A stretch of DNA of 32,000 nt, from NCBI RefSeq assembly GCF_000007985.2, contig NC_002939.5, positions 1,800,001-1,832,000 of the forward strand, given 5' to 3'. The notes below the pieces were generated by a model. The model made no database searches and was not told the origin of the DNA. It saw only the letters and a list, made by a program, of their open reading frames with translations. Numbering within the stretch: the stretch's first letter is position 1; every line of letters begins with the position of its first letter. Source of the stretch: Geobacter sulfurreducens PCA (GTDB taxonomy: Bacteria; Desulfobacterota; Desulfuromonadia; Geobacterales; Geobacteraceae). This document shows, piece after piece, positions 17,321-27,281 of the stretch. Position numbers and translations under genes: made by a program.

Positions 17321-19711
17321 GTGCATCAACGGCCTTTCCTCGTGCCGCTGCTCGGCCTAATGGGAGGTTTGTGCGCCACGCACCATTTTGATCTGATGTT
17401 CCCTCCCTGGCTTGCCTGGCTTTGCCTTGCGGGTTCAACGGCGCTCATTTTCTTCAGGAGCGCAGTCCCTCTTATAGTTGCTGTCGGGCTCACCTTTTTC
17501 GTCTGGGGAGCCTCGTCCCTTGCCCCTTTTCTCTATCCGGATCTGTCGTCTACCCATGTGGCCAGATACACCGGCTACGGACCGGTAATCATCGAAGGTA
17601 TTGTCGATTCACGGCCCGACGTCCGCCCCAGTGAAGGGAAGTTTTGCCTGGCCGCCGAATCTGTCATAGCCGCCGGTTCGACACTGCCCGCAAGCGGACG
17701 GCTCATAGTCTATGTGAAGGCAGGAATGGTACCGTTTCTCACTGGTGATCGGGTGCGTTTTCGGGCCAAGGTTGCAGAGCCCTCCAATTATGGAATTCCG
17801 GGCGAATATGACTATCGGCGCTCCCTGGCGTATCGGGACATCCACGCCACGGCGTTTGTAAGGCATGCCGACGATATCCTGTTGATGCGACAAGCAGTGG
17901 CCTTTCCGGTGCAACGTTTTTTCGATCGATCGGCAGCCAAGCTCGGCGATGTCATCGGTCGGTATTCTCCCAACGAAGGAGGCGTTCTCCGGGCGCTCCT
18001 GCTGGGGGAGCGGGGATTCGTCTCTAAAAAGCTGGAAGAGGCCTACGCACGTGCCGGTGTAAATCATATCCTCTCAATCTCCGGTTTCCATGTGGGAATT
18101 ATTGCTCTGGTCATCTACCGGGCTCTGCTTCTACTGCTCAGTCGCTTCGAGCGCCTTGCCCTGCAATTCAACCTGCGGCGGACAGCACTGCTGGCGACAC
18201 TTCCCCCTGTTACATTCTACCTGTTTCTTTCCGGTGCCGCCCCGGCCACGGTCCGTTCCGTGCTGATGATAGCCGTAATCACCCTCGCGCTCTGGCTGGA
18301 GCGTGAAACAGACCCGATCAACGTATTGACCATGGCGGCCCTCGCAATGCTCGCTGCCAATCCCCCGTCGCTGTTCGATATTTCCTTCCAGTTGTCGTTT
18401 CTCGCCCTTTGGGGACTTGTGGTCCTGACGCCGGTTTTCACTCATCCGTTGTGCACTCTGGATAATGGAGTGGTCAAGAACGTCATCCTGCTGCTGGCCG
18501 CTTCGACTGCAGCGACCCTCGTCACGTTTCTTCCCGTGGGGCATGCCTTTCATCGGGCAACTGTGGCAGGGATTATCAGCAACGTTTTCATCGTACCGTT
18601 GATGGGGTACGGAGCGGTGGTGGCCGGATTCGCCGCGTTGCCGCTCATTGCGGTTGCCCCGGTTGCGGCCGGGCCGCTCATTACTATTGCTTCCTGGCTC
18701 GTTGCATTGTCCAACCGGATTATCGAGTGGCTGGCACGGATTCCCCCGGTCCCCCTTCACAGCGTCACCAGGAGTGATCTGCTCGTGTCGTTTCTGGTGC
18801 TGCTGGGATTAACTTTGCTGCCCGGTCGCCGTGCGCGGATCCTGGTCGCAGGAATTGGCGCCTTAGCACTTTCCGCTCTTCACTTGCCTGCCATGGCGGG
18901 AGGCGATGCCAAGCTCGTAATCACCTTTCTGAGTGTAGGGCAGGGGGAGTCAACGCTCGTTTCTCTTCCCGACGGCAAGATCATGCTGGTGGACGGGGGA
19001 GGAGCCGTTCATGGAGGCGGAACCGATGTGGGGGAACGACTTCTTGTGCCTGCTCTCTGGAGTATGGGGGTGGAATCTATCGATTATCTTGTATTGACCC
19101 ACCCTCATCCCGACCACCTGGAAGGCCTTCTCTATCTGGCAACGGCTATGCCCGTTGGTGAGTTCTGGGAAACGGGGCAGTCCACGGAAAACACGTCACT
19201 GGCAGAGTTGAGGGCCCGATTGGTCGCGCAGGGAGTGCCCATCAAGCACCTGTCCGCCGCAACAGCGCCGTTCACTGTCGGCGGTGCTCGGGTGGAACCG
19301 CTCTGGCCATGCGACAAGAGCCCGGGGAAGGGGGCTGATAATGATGATTCACTGGTTTTCAGACTTGCCCTTGGCGGCACGTCCATCCTGTTCACCGGCG
19401 ATATCGGTGCTCCGGCCGAGGATGTCCTTGCGAACGATCCGGCGCGTCTGCGTTGCACGGTGCTGAAGGTGCCGCACCATGGCAGCCGCTACTCATCATC
19501 CCCTTGCTTTCTCGACGCAGCATCGCCTCAAGTGGCCCTGATTTCCGCCGGGCGCAGAAACAACTTCGGGCTTCCCGCACCTGAAACGCTCACCCGCCTG
19601 GTAGCCCGCGGGATAGATGTTTATCGTACTGACCGGGATGGTACGGTGCAGGTTACCTTCACCGGGGAGACGTGGGCGGTGGGTACCTTCGCGAAAGGGC
19701 ATTTTCGTTGA
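17321..19711 (+). CDS. comEC: DNA internalisation-related competence protein ComEC/Rec2 with a metallo-beta-lactamase domain
   Basis: 796 aa with a GTG start. Polytopic membrane core with a C-terminal MBL fold (LTHPHPDHLEG ... VPHHGS). Confidence 0.9.
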   Translation: MHQRPFLVPLLGLMGGLCATHHFDLMFPPWLAWLCLAGSTALIFFRSAVPLIVAVGLTFFVWGASSLAPFLYPDLSSTHVARYTGYGPVIIEGIVDSRPDVRPSEGKFCLAAESVIAAGSTLPASGRLIVYVKAGMVPFLTGDRVRFRAKVAEPSNYGIPGEYDYRRSLAYRDIHATAFVRHADDILLMRQAVAFPVQRFFDRSAAKLGDVIGRYSPNEGGVLRALLLGERGFVSKKLEEAYARAGVNHILSISGFHVGIIALVIYRALLLLLSRFERLALQFNLRRTALLATLPPVTFYLFLSGAAPATVRSVLMIAVITLALWLERETDPINVLTMAALAMLAANPPSLFDISFQLSFLALWGLVVLTPVFTHPLCTLDNGVVKNVILLLAASTAATLVTFLPVGHAFHRATVAGIISNVFIVPLMGYGAVVAGFAALPLIAVAPVAAGPLITIASWLVALSNRIIEWLARIPPVPLHSVTRSDLLVSFLVLLGLTLLPGRRARILVAGIGALALSALHLPAMAGGDAKLVITFLSVGQGESTLVSLPDGKIMLVDGGGAVHGGGTDVGERLLVPALWSMGVESIDYLVLTHPHPDHLEGLLYLATAMPVGEFWETGQSTENTSLAELRARLVAQGVPIKHLSAATAPFTVGGARVEPLWPCDKSPGKGADNDDSLVFRLALGGTSILFTGDIGAPAEDVLANDPARLRCTVLKVPHHGSRYSSSPCFLDAASPQVALISAGRRNNFGLPAPETLTRLVARGIDVYRTDRDGTVQVTFTGETWAVGTFAKGHFR

Positions 19712-19771
19712 CAAGTGGACCGCATTATCTGATAGTCTTGGGAAGACTTGCCACTACCCCGGGAGTTGTGC

Positions 19772-21148
19772 ATGGAACGGATTCTCGTTGTCGAAGATGA
19801 CCGTTTTTTTCGTCAGATGTATGTTGATCTCCTGAAAGAGGAGGGATACGAGGTCGATACCGTGGCATCGGGCACCGAGGGGTTGAAGCGGCTTGAGAAG
19901 CAAGAATACCACCTCGTCATTACCGACCTGGTCATGCCCGGAATGAGCGGTATCGAGGTGTTGTCCCGCGTCAAGCAGAAAGCTCCGAACGTCGATGTCA
20001 TCCTCGTCACCGGTCACGCCAACCTCGAATCGGCCGTCTATGCCCTCAAGAATGGTGCCCGCGATTATATTCTCAAACCGTTCAACCATGATGAATTCAA
20101 GCACACCGTGGCACTTTGCTTTGAGCAGCGGAGGCTTATCAACGAAAACTACGAGCTCAAGGAGCTGCTGAATCTTTTTCAAGTTGGGCAGAACATAGCC
20201 AACTGTATCGACTTGGAACGGCTCTCTGCGGTTGTGGTCGATGCTTTCTGCAAGGAGGTCGGAGTTTCACGCGCTATCGGCCTCTTTCCCGAAAAGAGCG
20301 AACCCCACGCCCTCAAGGAGCTGAGGGGGCTTGAGCCTGAAGTTGCAGCCGCTCTTGCCGAAAAAGCTCTTACCCTTTGCAGTGACGCCGCGGAGACGGC
20401 AGGGGGCTTTCGACGGCTCGACGGTTCCCATTTTTCCGATGGTCTCCTGCGAACTGCGGGGATTAATGGCGCCCTTGTGGTTAGCATCCGCCAGCGTACG
20501 CTCCTGCAGGGAGTGCTTCTGCTGGTCAATGACCAGGGCAAGCCGTTCCCTGCCGTGTTCAAACATAAAAGCATCCAGTTTTTGCTGGAGCAGGCATCGC
20601 TTGCCTTCGACAACGCCCTGCGTTACTCCAGCGCCCGCGACATGCTCTATGTTGACGAACTCACGGGACTCTTCAACTACCGTTACCTTGACATCTCGCT
20701 GGACCGGGAGTTGAAGCGGGCTGACCGATTCGGCTCGGTAGTTTCCATGATCTTCATCGACATGGACCACTTCAAGGGAGTCAACGACACCCACGGCCAT
20801 CTTTTTGGGAGCCAGGTCCTCCATGAAGTAGGTCAATTGCTCAAGAAGTCGGTCCGTGAGGTCGATGTAATCATTCGCTACGGTGGCGACGAGTTCACCA
20901 TAATTCTGGTGGAAACCGGTGAAAAGGGCGCTGCAACCGTGGCTGAAAGGATTCGTCGCTCCATCGAGGACCACCACTTTCTGGCCTCTGAAGGGCTCGA
21001 TGTCCGGCTCACCGCAAGTCTCGGCTACGCCTGTTATCCCCTTGACACCCAGTCCAAAATGGAACTTCTCGAACTGGCGGACAAAGCCATGTATAGGGGC
21101 AAGGAAGAGGGCAAAAACCGTGTATTCCGGGCAACGGCAATCCGTTGA
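19772..21148 (+). CDS. gacA: REC - linker/GAF-like - GGDEF enzyme with the Hypr (Asp->Ser) signature; predicted 3',3'-cGAMP synthase
   Basis: 458 aa. REC domain (VITDLVMPGMSG). GGDEF domain DMDHFKGVNDTHGHLFGSQVL, with Ser347 where canonical cyclases have Asp. I-site REVD and an intact GGDEF. It lies immediately upstream of hisS-acnB, as I recall for GSU1658. The symbol rests on this signature plus remembered synteny. Confidence 0.8.
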   Translation: MERILVVEDDRFFRQMYVDLLKEEGYEVDTVASGTEGLKRLEKQEYHLVITDLVMPGMSGIEVLSRVKQKAPNVDVILVTGHANLESAVYALKNGARDYILKPFNHDEFKHTVALCFEQRRLINENYELKELLNLFQVGQNIANCIDLERLSAVVVDAFCKEVGVSRAIGLFPEKSEPHALKELRGLEPEVAAALAEKALTLCSDAAETAGGFRRLDGSHFSDGLLRTAGINGALVVSIRQRTLLQGVLLLVNDQGKPFPAVFKHKSIQFLLEQASLAFDNALRYSSARDMLYVDELTGLFNYRYLDISLDRELKRADRFGSVVSMIFIDMDHFKGVNDTHGHLFGSQVLHEVGQLLKKSVREVDVIIRYGGDEFTIILVETGEKGAATVAERIRRSIEDHHFLASEGLDVRLTASLGYACYPLDTQSKMELLELADKAMYRGKEEGKNRVFRATAIR

Positions 21149-21190
21149 CCTTGAGTGTGTTTCAATGCAATTAAAGGAGTAGGTACGTAC

Positions 21191-22432
21191 ATGATTACAG
21201 GTATCAAGGGATTCAACGACATTCTTCCCGGGGAAGTGGAGCGGTGGCAGCACATCGAAGCCACAGCACGCCGGGTTTTCAGTCTCTACGGATTTTCGGA
21301 GATCCGCATCCCGATTCTTGAAAAAACCGAATTGTTCCGGCGGTCCATCGGCGATACCACTGATATCGTGGAAAAAGAAATGTACTCCTTTGTGGATAAG
21401 GGAGAGAACGCTGTAACCATGCGTCCTGAAGGGACAGCAAGCGTAATGAGGTCGTACATAGAGCACAAGCTCTATGCCCAGGATCCGGTGGCAAAGCTCT
21501 ACTACATGGGCCCCATGTTTCGATACGAGCGGCCCCAGAAAGGGCGTTACCGCCAGTTCCACCAGATCGGTGCCGAGGTGACCGGAGTTACCGACCCCAA
21601 GGTCGATGCCCAGGTTCTCACCATGCTCTGCCACTATTTCGCCGAGCTTGGACTGACTGAACCGACACTTCAGATCAACTCCCTCGGATGCCCCGAATGC
21701 CGTCCCGCATATCGTCAAGCCCTGATCGATTTCCTCCGGGAACGGCTCGACAGCCTCTGCGAAGACTGCAAGCGCCGCTATCAGACCAATCCCCTGCGTG
21801 CGCTTGACTGCAAATCGGCCCACTGCAAGGAGGCGACCGCCTCCGCTCCGGCCATGCTTGATAGCCTCTGTGCAGGCTGCGACGATCATTTCACCGCTAC
21901 CCGACGCCATTTGGAGCGGGCAGGCACCACTTACAGCATCAATAACCGGATGGTCCGCGGGCTTGATTACTATACCCGAACCACCTTCGAACTGGTGACC
22001 GGCCTGCTTGGTGCTCAGAGCGCGGTTGCTGCTGGAGGCCGGTACGACGGTCTTATCTCTGACCTTGGCGGGCCCGCCATTCCCGGTATTGGATTTGCCA
22101 TGGGGGTGGAGCGGATAGCCCTCCTGCTGGGGGACCAACACTTCGTCGGCCGGCCGGATCTCTTCATAGCCGCCCTTGGCGAGGAGGCCCAGGACGAGGC
22201 GTTTCGCCTCATGTGCGGCCTGCAGCGAAACGGGGTGGCCGTGGAAATGGACTATGAAGGCAAGAGCCTCAAGAGCCAGATGCGCCGGTCGGACAAGTTC
22301 AACGCGCGTTTTACCCTGATCATCGGTGGTGATGAGTTGGCAATAGGGGCGGCTGTACTCAAGGCAATGGACACCGGTGTCCAGGTGGAAGTCCCGTTGA
22401 CGCCGGAAGAGGTCGCCGCACGAATAACGTGA
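21191..22432 (+). CDS. hisS: histidine--tRNA ligase
   Basis: N-terminus MITGIKGFNDILPGE, class II motif 2 (FRYERPQKGRYRQFHQ) and motif 3 (GGRYDGL). AAGGAG lies upstream of ATG 21191. Confidence 0.93.
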   Translation: MITGIKGFNDILPGEVERWQHIEATARRVFSLYGFSEIRIPILEKTELFRRSIGDTTDIVEKEMYSFVDKGENAVTMRPEGTASVMRSYIEHKLYAQDPVAKLYYMGPMFRYERPQKGRYRQFHQIGAEVTGVTDPKVDAQVLTMLCHYFAELGLTEPTLQINSLGCPECRPAYRQALIDFLRERLDSLCEDCKRRYQTNPLRALDCKSAHCKEATASAPAMLDSLCAGCDDHFTATRRHLERAGTTYSINNRMVRGLDYYTRTTFELVTGLLGAQSAVAAGGRYDGLISDLGGPAIPGIGFAMGVERIALLLGDQHFVGRPDLFIAALGEEAQDEAFRLMCGLQRNGVAVEMDYEGKSLKSQMRRSDKFNARFTLIIGGDELAIGAAVLKAMDTGVQVEVPLTPEEVAARIT

Positions 22433-22467
22433 CGGTGTAATAGCAATACCTGCATTGGACGGAAAGC

Positions 22468-22507
22468 GAGCCGGGCGACGATACGCGTTGTCCCGGCTCT
22501 TTTTTCT
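22468..22507 (+). terminator. rho-independent terminator after hisS
   Basis: 8-bp stem: gagccggg (22468-22475) pairs with cccggctc (22492-22499), followed by ttttttc. Confidence 0.75.
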
Positions 22508-22551
22508 CTTCTGATTCCACGGGATGATTACTTCTTAAACCCACTTAAGCA

Positions 22552-22580
22552 ATTGACAACCCATTGCAAAAATTGTATAC
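22552..22580 (+). promoter_or_regulatory. candidate sigma70 promoter of acnB
   Basis: Perfect -35 TTGACA (22552-22557), a 17-nt spacer, then -10 TATACA (22575-22580). It lies about 90 nt upstream of the acnB ATG. Confidence 0.5.
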
Positions 22581-22668
22581 AGTATCCATTTCCCCCTTGG
22601 GGCAAGAGCGTATCAACATCCCGAAATAACAACCTATTCAAGTAGTAAAACCACAGGAGGAATGGACT

Positions 22669-25212
22669 ATGATCGAAGCCTATCTCGCCCACGAAGCCGA
22701 ACGCAAGGCCCAGGGTATTCCCGCCCTGCCGCTGAACCCCGAGCAGACCGCTGATCTGTGCAAGCTGCTGGAGAGCCCTCCGGCCGGAAAAGCAGAATTC
22801 CTGCTCCACCTCCTGAAGGAACGAGTCTCCCCTGGTGTTGACCCCGCTGCCAAAGTCAAGGCCGCCTTTCTGGCCGAGATCCTTGCCGGAACCAAGACAT
22901 CTCCCCTTGTCTCCAAGGTTGACGCTGTCCGCATCCTGGGTACGATGATCGGCGGTTACAACGTGTCTCCTCTGGTAGAGGCCCTGAAGAGTGCAGAACT
23001 GGCCGACGAGGCCGCCTGCGCCCTTTCCGGCATGACCCTTGTCTATGACGGTTTCGATCAGGTAGTTGAGCTTAGCAAGAGCAACGCCGCCGCCAAGAAG
23101 GTTCTGGAATCCTGGGCCAACGCCGAGTGGTTCACCAATCGTCCCGGCGTACCCGAGACCATCTCGGTCAAGGTTTTCAAAGTTGAAGGCGAGATCAATA
23201 CCGATGACTTCTCTCCGGCGGGCGACGCATGGAGCCGCCCCGACATCCCGCTGCATGCGCTTGCCATGGGCAAAACCCGTTTCCCCGGTCGCCTGAAGGA
23301 TATTGCCGACTGGCGTGCCGCCGGTCACCAGGTTGCCTTTGTCGGCGACGTGGTCGGTACCGGTTCCTCCCGCAAGTCGGCCTGTAACTCGGTCCTCTGG
23401 CACATGGGCCAGGATATCCCCTGCGTGCCCAACAAAAAGACCGCAGGCGTCATTATCGGCGGCGTCATCGCCCCGATCTTCTTCAATACCGCCCAGGACT
23501 CCGGTGCACTGCCCCTCAAGGCCGACGTTACCAAGATGAATGACGGCGACGTGATTACCATCAACACCAAGAAGGGGGAAATCACCAACGCTGCCGGTGA
23601 GGTCATCTCCACCTTCAAACTGAACCCCAACACCCTGGCCGACGAGTTCCGCGCCGGCGGCCGTATCCCGCTCATCATCGGCCGCGCTATTACCGAGAAA
23701 GCCCGCAAGGCCCTCGGCCTTGGCGACACCGATGTCTTCACCAAGCCGGTGAACCCTGAGCCGAAGCCTGGTCAGGGCTACTCCCTCGCCCAGAAGATGG
23801 TCGGCAAGGCCTGCGGCGTGACCGGCGTACTGCCGGGCACAGCCTGTGAGCCCAAGATGACCACGGTCGGATCCCAGGACACCACCGGCCCCATGACGGC
23901 CGACGAGCTCAAGGAACTGGCCTGCCTCAAGTTCCTCTCGCCCATGTTCATGCAGTCCTTCTGTCACACCGCCGCCTATCCGAAACCGGCAGACGTGAAG
24001 ATGCACAAAACGTTGCCTGAGTTCATCATTGAGCGTGGCGGCGTGCCCCTCAAGCCCGGCGACGGCGTCATCCACTCCTGGCTGAATCGTCTGCTGCTCC
24101 CGGACACCGTCGGTACCGGCGGTGACTCCCATACCCGGTTCCCCATCGGTATCAGCTTCCCGGCAGGTTCGGGCCTCGTGGCCTTTGCCGGCGCCATGGG
24201 CTTCATGCCGCTGGATATGCCTGAATCGGTCCTGGTCCGGTTCAAAGGCAAACTGAATCCGGGCATCACCCTGCGCGACGTGGTCAATGCCATTCCTTAC
24301 TGGGCCATCAAGCAGGGCAAGCTGACCGTGCCCAAGAAGAACAAGATCAATATCTTCAACGGCCGCATCCTTGAGATGGAAGGTCTGCCCGATCTTTCCG
24401 TGGAGCAGGCATTCGAGCTGACCGATGCCGCTGCCGAGCGTTCAGCCGCTGCCGGTTGCATCCAGCTCTCCAAGGAGTCGGTTGCCACCTATCTACGCTC
24501 CAACGTTGCCCTCATGAAGAAGATGATCGCCGACGGCTACCAGGATGCCCAGACCCTCCAGAACCGTATCGATGCGGTCAACGAGTGGCTGAAGAACCCG
24601 CAGCTTCTCGAAGCCGACAAGAACGCCGCGGAGACCGGCGCCTATGCCGATGTGATCGAGATCGATCTGGCCGAAATCACCGAGCCGATTCTGGCCTGCC
24701 CCAACGATCCGGATGACGTGAAACTCCTCTCCGATGTGGCCGGCACCCCGATCAACGACGTGTTCCTCGGCTCCTGCATGACCAATATCGGCCACTTCCG
24801 CGCCGCTGCCGAGATCTGGCGCGGCCAGAAGTTCAACCCGAGCGTCCGTACCTGGATCTGCCCGCCGACCCGCATGGATCAGCAGCAACTCAAGGATGAG
24901 GCACTTTTCTCCATCTACAGCGCCGTCGGCTGCCGGATTGAGATCGCAGGCTGCTCCCTCTGCATGGGGAACCAGGCCCGCGTTCCCGACAAGTCAAACG
25001 TGTTCTCCACTTCCACCCGTAACTTCGACGATCGGATGGGCGACGGAGCGCAGGTATTCCTCGGCTCCGCCGAACTCGGTGCCATTTGCACCAACCTCGG
25101 CCGCATCCCGACCAAGGAGGAGTATTTCGCCGCGATCAAGGAGAAGGTGGAGCCGAAGAAGGATGCGATTTACAAATACCTGCAGTTTGACGAAATGCCT
25201 GAGTACCGGTAG
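22669..25212 (+). CDS. acnB: aconitate hydratase B (bifunctional aconitase 2 / 2-methylisocitrate dehydratase)
   Basis: 847 aa. AcnB-type N-terminus [34 protein letters not shown], followed by the swivel and catalytic domains. AGGAGG at 22655-22660. Confidence 0.95.
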   Translation: MIEAYLAHEAERKAQGIPALPLNPEQTADLCKLLESPPAGKAEFLLHLLKERVSPGVDPAAKVKAAFLAEILAGTKTSPLVSKVDAVRILGTMIGGYNVSPLVEALKSAELADEAACALSGMTLVYDGFDQVVELSKSNAAAKKVLESWANAEWFTNRPGVPETISVKVFKVEGEINTDDFSPAGDAWSRPDIPLHALAMGKTRFPGRLKDIADWRAAGHQVAFVGDVVGTGSSRKSACNSVLWHMGQDIPCVPNKKTAGVIIGGVIAPIFFNTAQDSGALPLKADVTKMNDGDVITINTKKGEITNAAGEVISTFKLNPNTLADEFRAGGRIPLIIGRAITEKARKALGLGDTDVFTKPVNPEPKPGQGYSLAQKMVGKACGVTGVLPGTACEPKMTTVGSQDTTGPMTADELKELACLKFLSPMFMQSFCHTAAYPKPADVKMHKTLPEFIIERGGVPLKPGDGVIHSWLNRLLLPDTVGTGGDSHTRFPIGISFPAGSGLVAFAGAMGFMPLDMPESVLVRFKGKLNPGITLRDVVNAIPYWAIKQGKLTVPKKNKINIFNGRILEMEGLPDLSVEQAFELTDAAAERSAAAGCIQLSKESVATYLRSNVALMKKMIADGYQDAQTLQNRIDAVNEWLKNPQLLEADKNAAETGAYADVIEIDLAEITEPILACPNDPDDVKLLSDVAGTPINDVFLGSCMTNIGHFRAAAEIWRGQKFNPSVRTWICPPTRMDQQQLKDEALFSIYSAVGCRIEIAGCSLCMGNQARVPDKSNVFSTSTRNFDDRMGDGAQVFLGSAELGAICTNLGRIPTKEEYFAAIKEKVEPKKDAIYKYLQFDEMPEYR

Positions 25213-25260
25213 ATCACCAGGTAGAAGCGCCTCCGCCGAAAGGCTGAGGACGTGACACGA

Positions 25261-25296
25261 GAGACCCCCGTTCGGGCATGCCCGGGCGGGGGTCTC
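25261..25296. terminator. long hairpin between convergent acnB and the secreted-protein gene
   Basis: Arms gagacccccgttcgggca and tgcccgggcgggggtctc form 18 bp with a 2-nt internal mismatch. Confidence 0.65.
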
Positions 25297-25318
25297 TTCA
25301 TATACCATGCTCAGGGTA

Positions 25319-25948
25319 TCATGAGGCGAAATTGGGTTTCAGGGAAGGTAGTGCATTCACCTCGCGGTACAGCTGAATGATCACGCCGGGTTGGATGGGA
25401 GTGCCTTCAAACAGATCGGCCGGAGGCGTCGGCGTTGCCTCCGTATCACCGAAACTGTACTCGACGACGGTATGCCTTCCATTGTCGTCGAGCCAGATGA
25501 GACGGTTGTGTTCGGTGCCGGTCACCTCATCAACAAGGTAGGACTTGGTGGCATGAGTGCGGCACTCCAGCGGGTCATTGACAGCTTTGATCGAATCAAG
25601 GCACTTGCCGAGGCGCGCGGCCCGACTGACTATCTCGCGATTGGCCCTGGCGAGTATTTTTTTATCGGCCACCTCGGCATAGCCGGCTGCTGATGATAAG
25701 GCGGTCAGCACCCAACCGCCGGCAGTGGCCTCGACGGTCCATGCGGTAACGAAGATGCCGTCCGCCCGCTTTTCAACGGCAACTGTGGCCGTGCAGCCGG
25801 CGGGAGCCTTACCGGACCACTGGCGAGTCAGATTTATCTCGTTGAAGACCTTTGTGGTGCATGTGGCCAAGTCTCTCACGTCTGCGCCGGCGGCAGGCAG
25901 CGCAGCGAGCAGGGACACCATCGCAATTGCTAAGATACGGTATCGCAT
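25319..25948 (-). CDS. secreted hypothetical protein (209 aa, 4 Cys)
   Basis: I chose ATG 25948, preceded by GGAGG. Signal peptide MRYRILAIAMVSLLAALPAAGA. I do not recognise a domain. Confidence 0.7.
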   Translation of the reverse strand: MRYRILAIAMVSLLAALPAAGADVRDLATCTTKVFNEINLTRQWSGKAPAGCTATVAVEKRADGIFVTAWTVEATAGGWVLTALSSAAGYAEVADKKILARANREIVSRAARLGKCLDSIKAVNDPLECRTHATKSYLVDEVTGTEHNRLIWLDDNGRHTVVEYSFGDTEATPTPPADLFEGTPIQPGVIIQLYREVNALPSLKPNFAS

Positions 25949-25965
25949 GAAGCCTCCACAATCGG

Positions 25966-25986
25966 TGACTAGGTCTGACCTAGGTC
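25966..25986 (-). promoter_or_regulatory. tandem operator-like repeat in the leader of the secreted-protein gene
   Basis: tgactaggtc (25966-25975) is directly followed by tgacctaggtc (25976-25986). The second copy contains the perfect 10-bp palindrome gacctaggtc. The repeat lies about 18-38 nt upstream of the ATG. Confidence 0.3.
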
Positions 25987-26047
25987 GTATCGCCTCAGGT
26001 TGACCTTCTATATAATTCAATAATGCCGTCGCATGACAGTGTTATCG

Positions 26048-26965
26048 CTAGTCTTTCCTATCTCTGGCCCCACCGCTGACTTTCTCAAGTTGGGTAATAA
26101 AGAAGCGTTCGCTGAACCCTGCAACAAAAGCCAACACCAAATACGCCGGATGAAACACCCGGGAGTCGGCTCCCGTTGCCATTGCAGGCAGGAGAGAAAT
26201 TAAGCCGGTTGCCTGCATGAGGCAGACGATGAGGCCCGCTGTTGCGCCGATGAAAGGGCGCAGGAAAAGGAGCGTACGCTGGATGTAGTAGGCGGATGTC
26301 TGGCTCTCCAGGGGTTCTCGTGAGTTGAGGGCGCTGACCAGTCCCCCCATCGTGCCGAAGCTGATGATCAGGAAAATTTCGATCCAAGATGGGGCTCCTG
26401 CGGGCAGCACGAACGGCAGGAGCACAAGACTCATCAGCAGGAGCACCATAAGGGACAGGGATGTGAGGAACAACCGTTTGCGAAAGAGGTTTACCTTGCG
26501 CCAGTGGCTCTCCCGAGCATCGGCTGCGATTCTCGATAATCGTTCAAGTGCTCTTCTGAGCTCACGTTCATTCTGGAGAGTGGGGCTGTGATGCGCTGAA
26601 AGACCCAGAGACTTCTCGATTTCATTCAGATCCTTGTCGTATTCGTCACGACATTTTCTTGCCGCCACGTAGGAAAGCCCGGCCCTGATTTCCACGACGA
26701 GCGCCTGGAGCTCCTCCCGTGGCACTATTCTGCAGAACATATGGCGTATCTGGTTGAGCGTTGCCCATATCTTGTCATAACTGTCATAAGGAAGGATGCC
26801 GCACACGGCGTCCCTGAAGACTTCCTTGCCCTCCTGCAGCCAGAAATGGCAGGAGTCCAGCTCTTCTCCGATAAATTCCCGTTTCTGGAGGGAGTGGATC
26901 GTCTCTTCCGCACTCAGCAGGCGAACCGAAATGTTGGGATCTTCAAGGGCAGATGGAAATCTCAC
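26048..26965 (-). CDS. hypothetical membrane protein: helical cytoplasmic N-domain of about 170-200 aa plus a C-terminal 4-TM bundle
   Basis: The ORF is open up to 27061 (GTG). I prefer GTG 26965 because GGGAGG lies 5 nt upstream, and ATG 26989 is a further alternative. Four hydrophobic helices: LFLTSLSLMVLLLMSLVLLPFVL, WIEIFLIISFGTMGGLVSAL, LLFLRPFIGATAGLIVCLMQATGLISLL, FHPAYLVLAFVAGFSERFFI. Sampled GC is 50-52%. Confidence 0.65.
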   Translation of the reverse strand: MRFPSALEDPNISVRLLSAEETIHSLQKREFIGEELDSCHFWLQEGKEVFRDAVCGILPYDSYDKIWATLNQIRHMFCRIVPREELQALVVEIRAGLSYVAARKCRDEYDKDLNEIEKSLGLSAHHSPTLQNERELRRALERLSRIAADARESHWRKVNLFRKRLFLTSLSLMVLLLMSLVLLPFVLPAGAPSWIEIFLIISFGTMGGLVSALNSREPLESQTSAYYIQRTLLFLRPFIGATAGLIVCLMQATGLISLLPAMATGADSRVFHPAYLVLAFVAGFSERFFITQLEKVSGGARDRKD

Positions 26966-27281
26966 AGCCACCTCCCGCCGGCGCGACATGCGCCGGACTG
27001 CATCCGGCACGGATTTCACGGGTACGTATCCAGATTGCGAAAACACACCGTGGAGCGGCACGTCACACGCGCTGGATCTGGCTTGACATTGTGGCAGATT
27101 CTCCGGCCGTTCCGTAATTCCATCGGGGCAATCACTGGAAACGTATCGCTGTTTATGAACAAGTCAAGGAGTAAGGGGGTGATTCGCCTCCAATGGGCTT
27201 GAAATCTGACGGGGCGAGGCTTGCCTTTGTGCAATTCACCGATACAGTAACCTCAAGATTTATGCGATGAAGGGGGCATAT

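Noticed and set aside
20267-22141. A 624-aa minus-strand ORF spanning the gacA / hisS boundary.
   Set aside because: It lies antisense to two independently well-supported genes and even crosses their intergenic gap. It has no RBS or start context, and its composition is typical of GC-rich antisense frames.
22528-24132. A 534-aa minus-strand ORF opposite the 5' half of acnB.
   Set aside because: Same reasoning: acnB identity is unambiguous and the antisense product is a Gly/Ala/Val-rich artefact.
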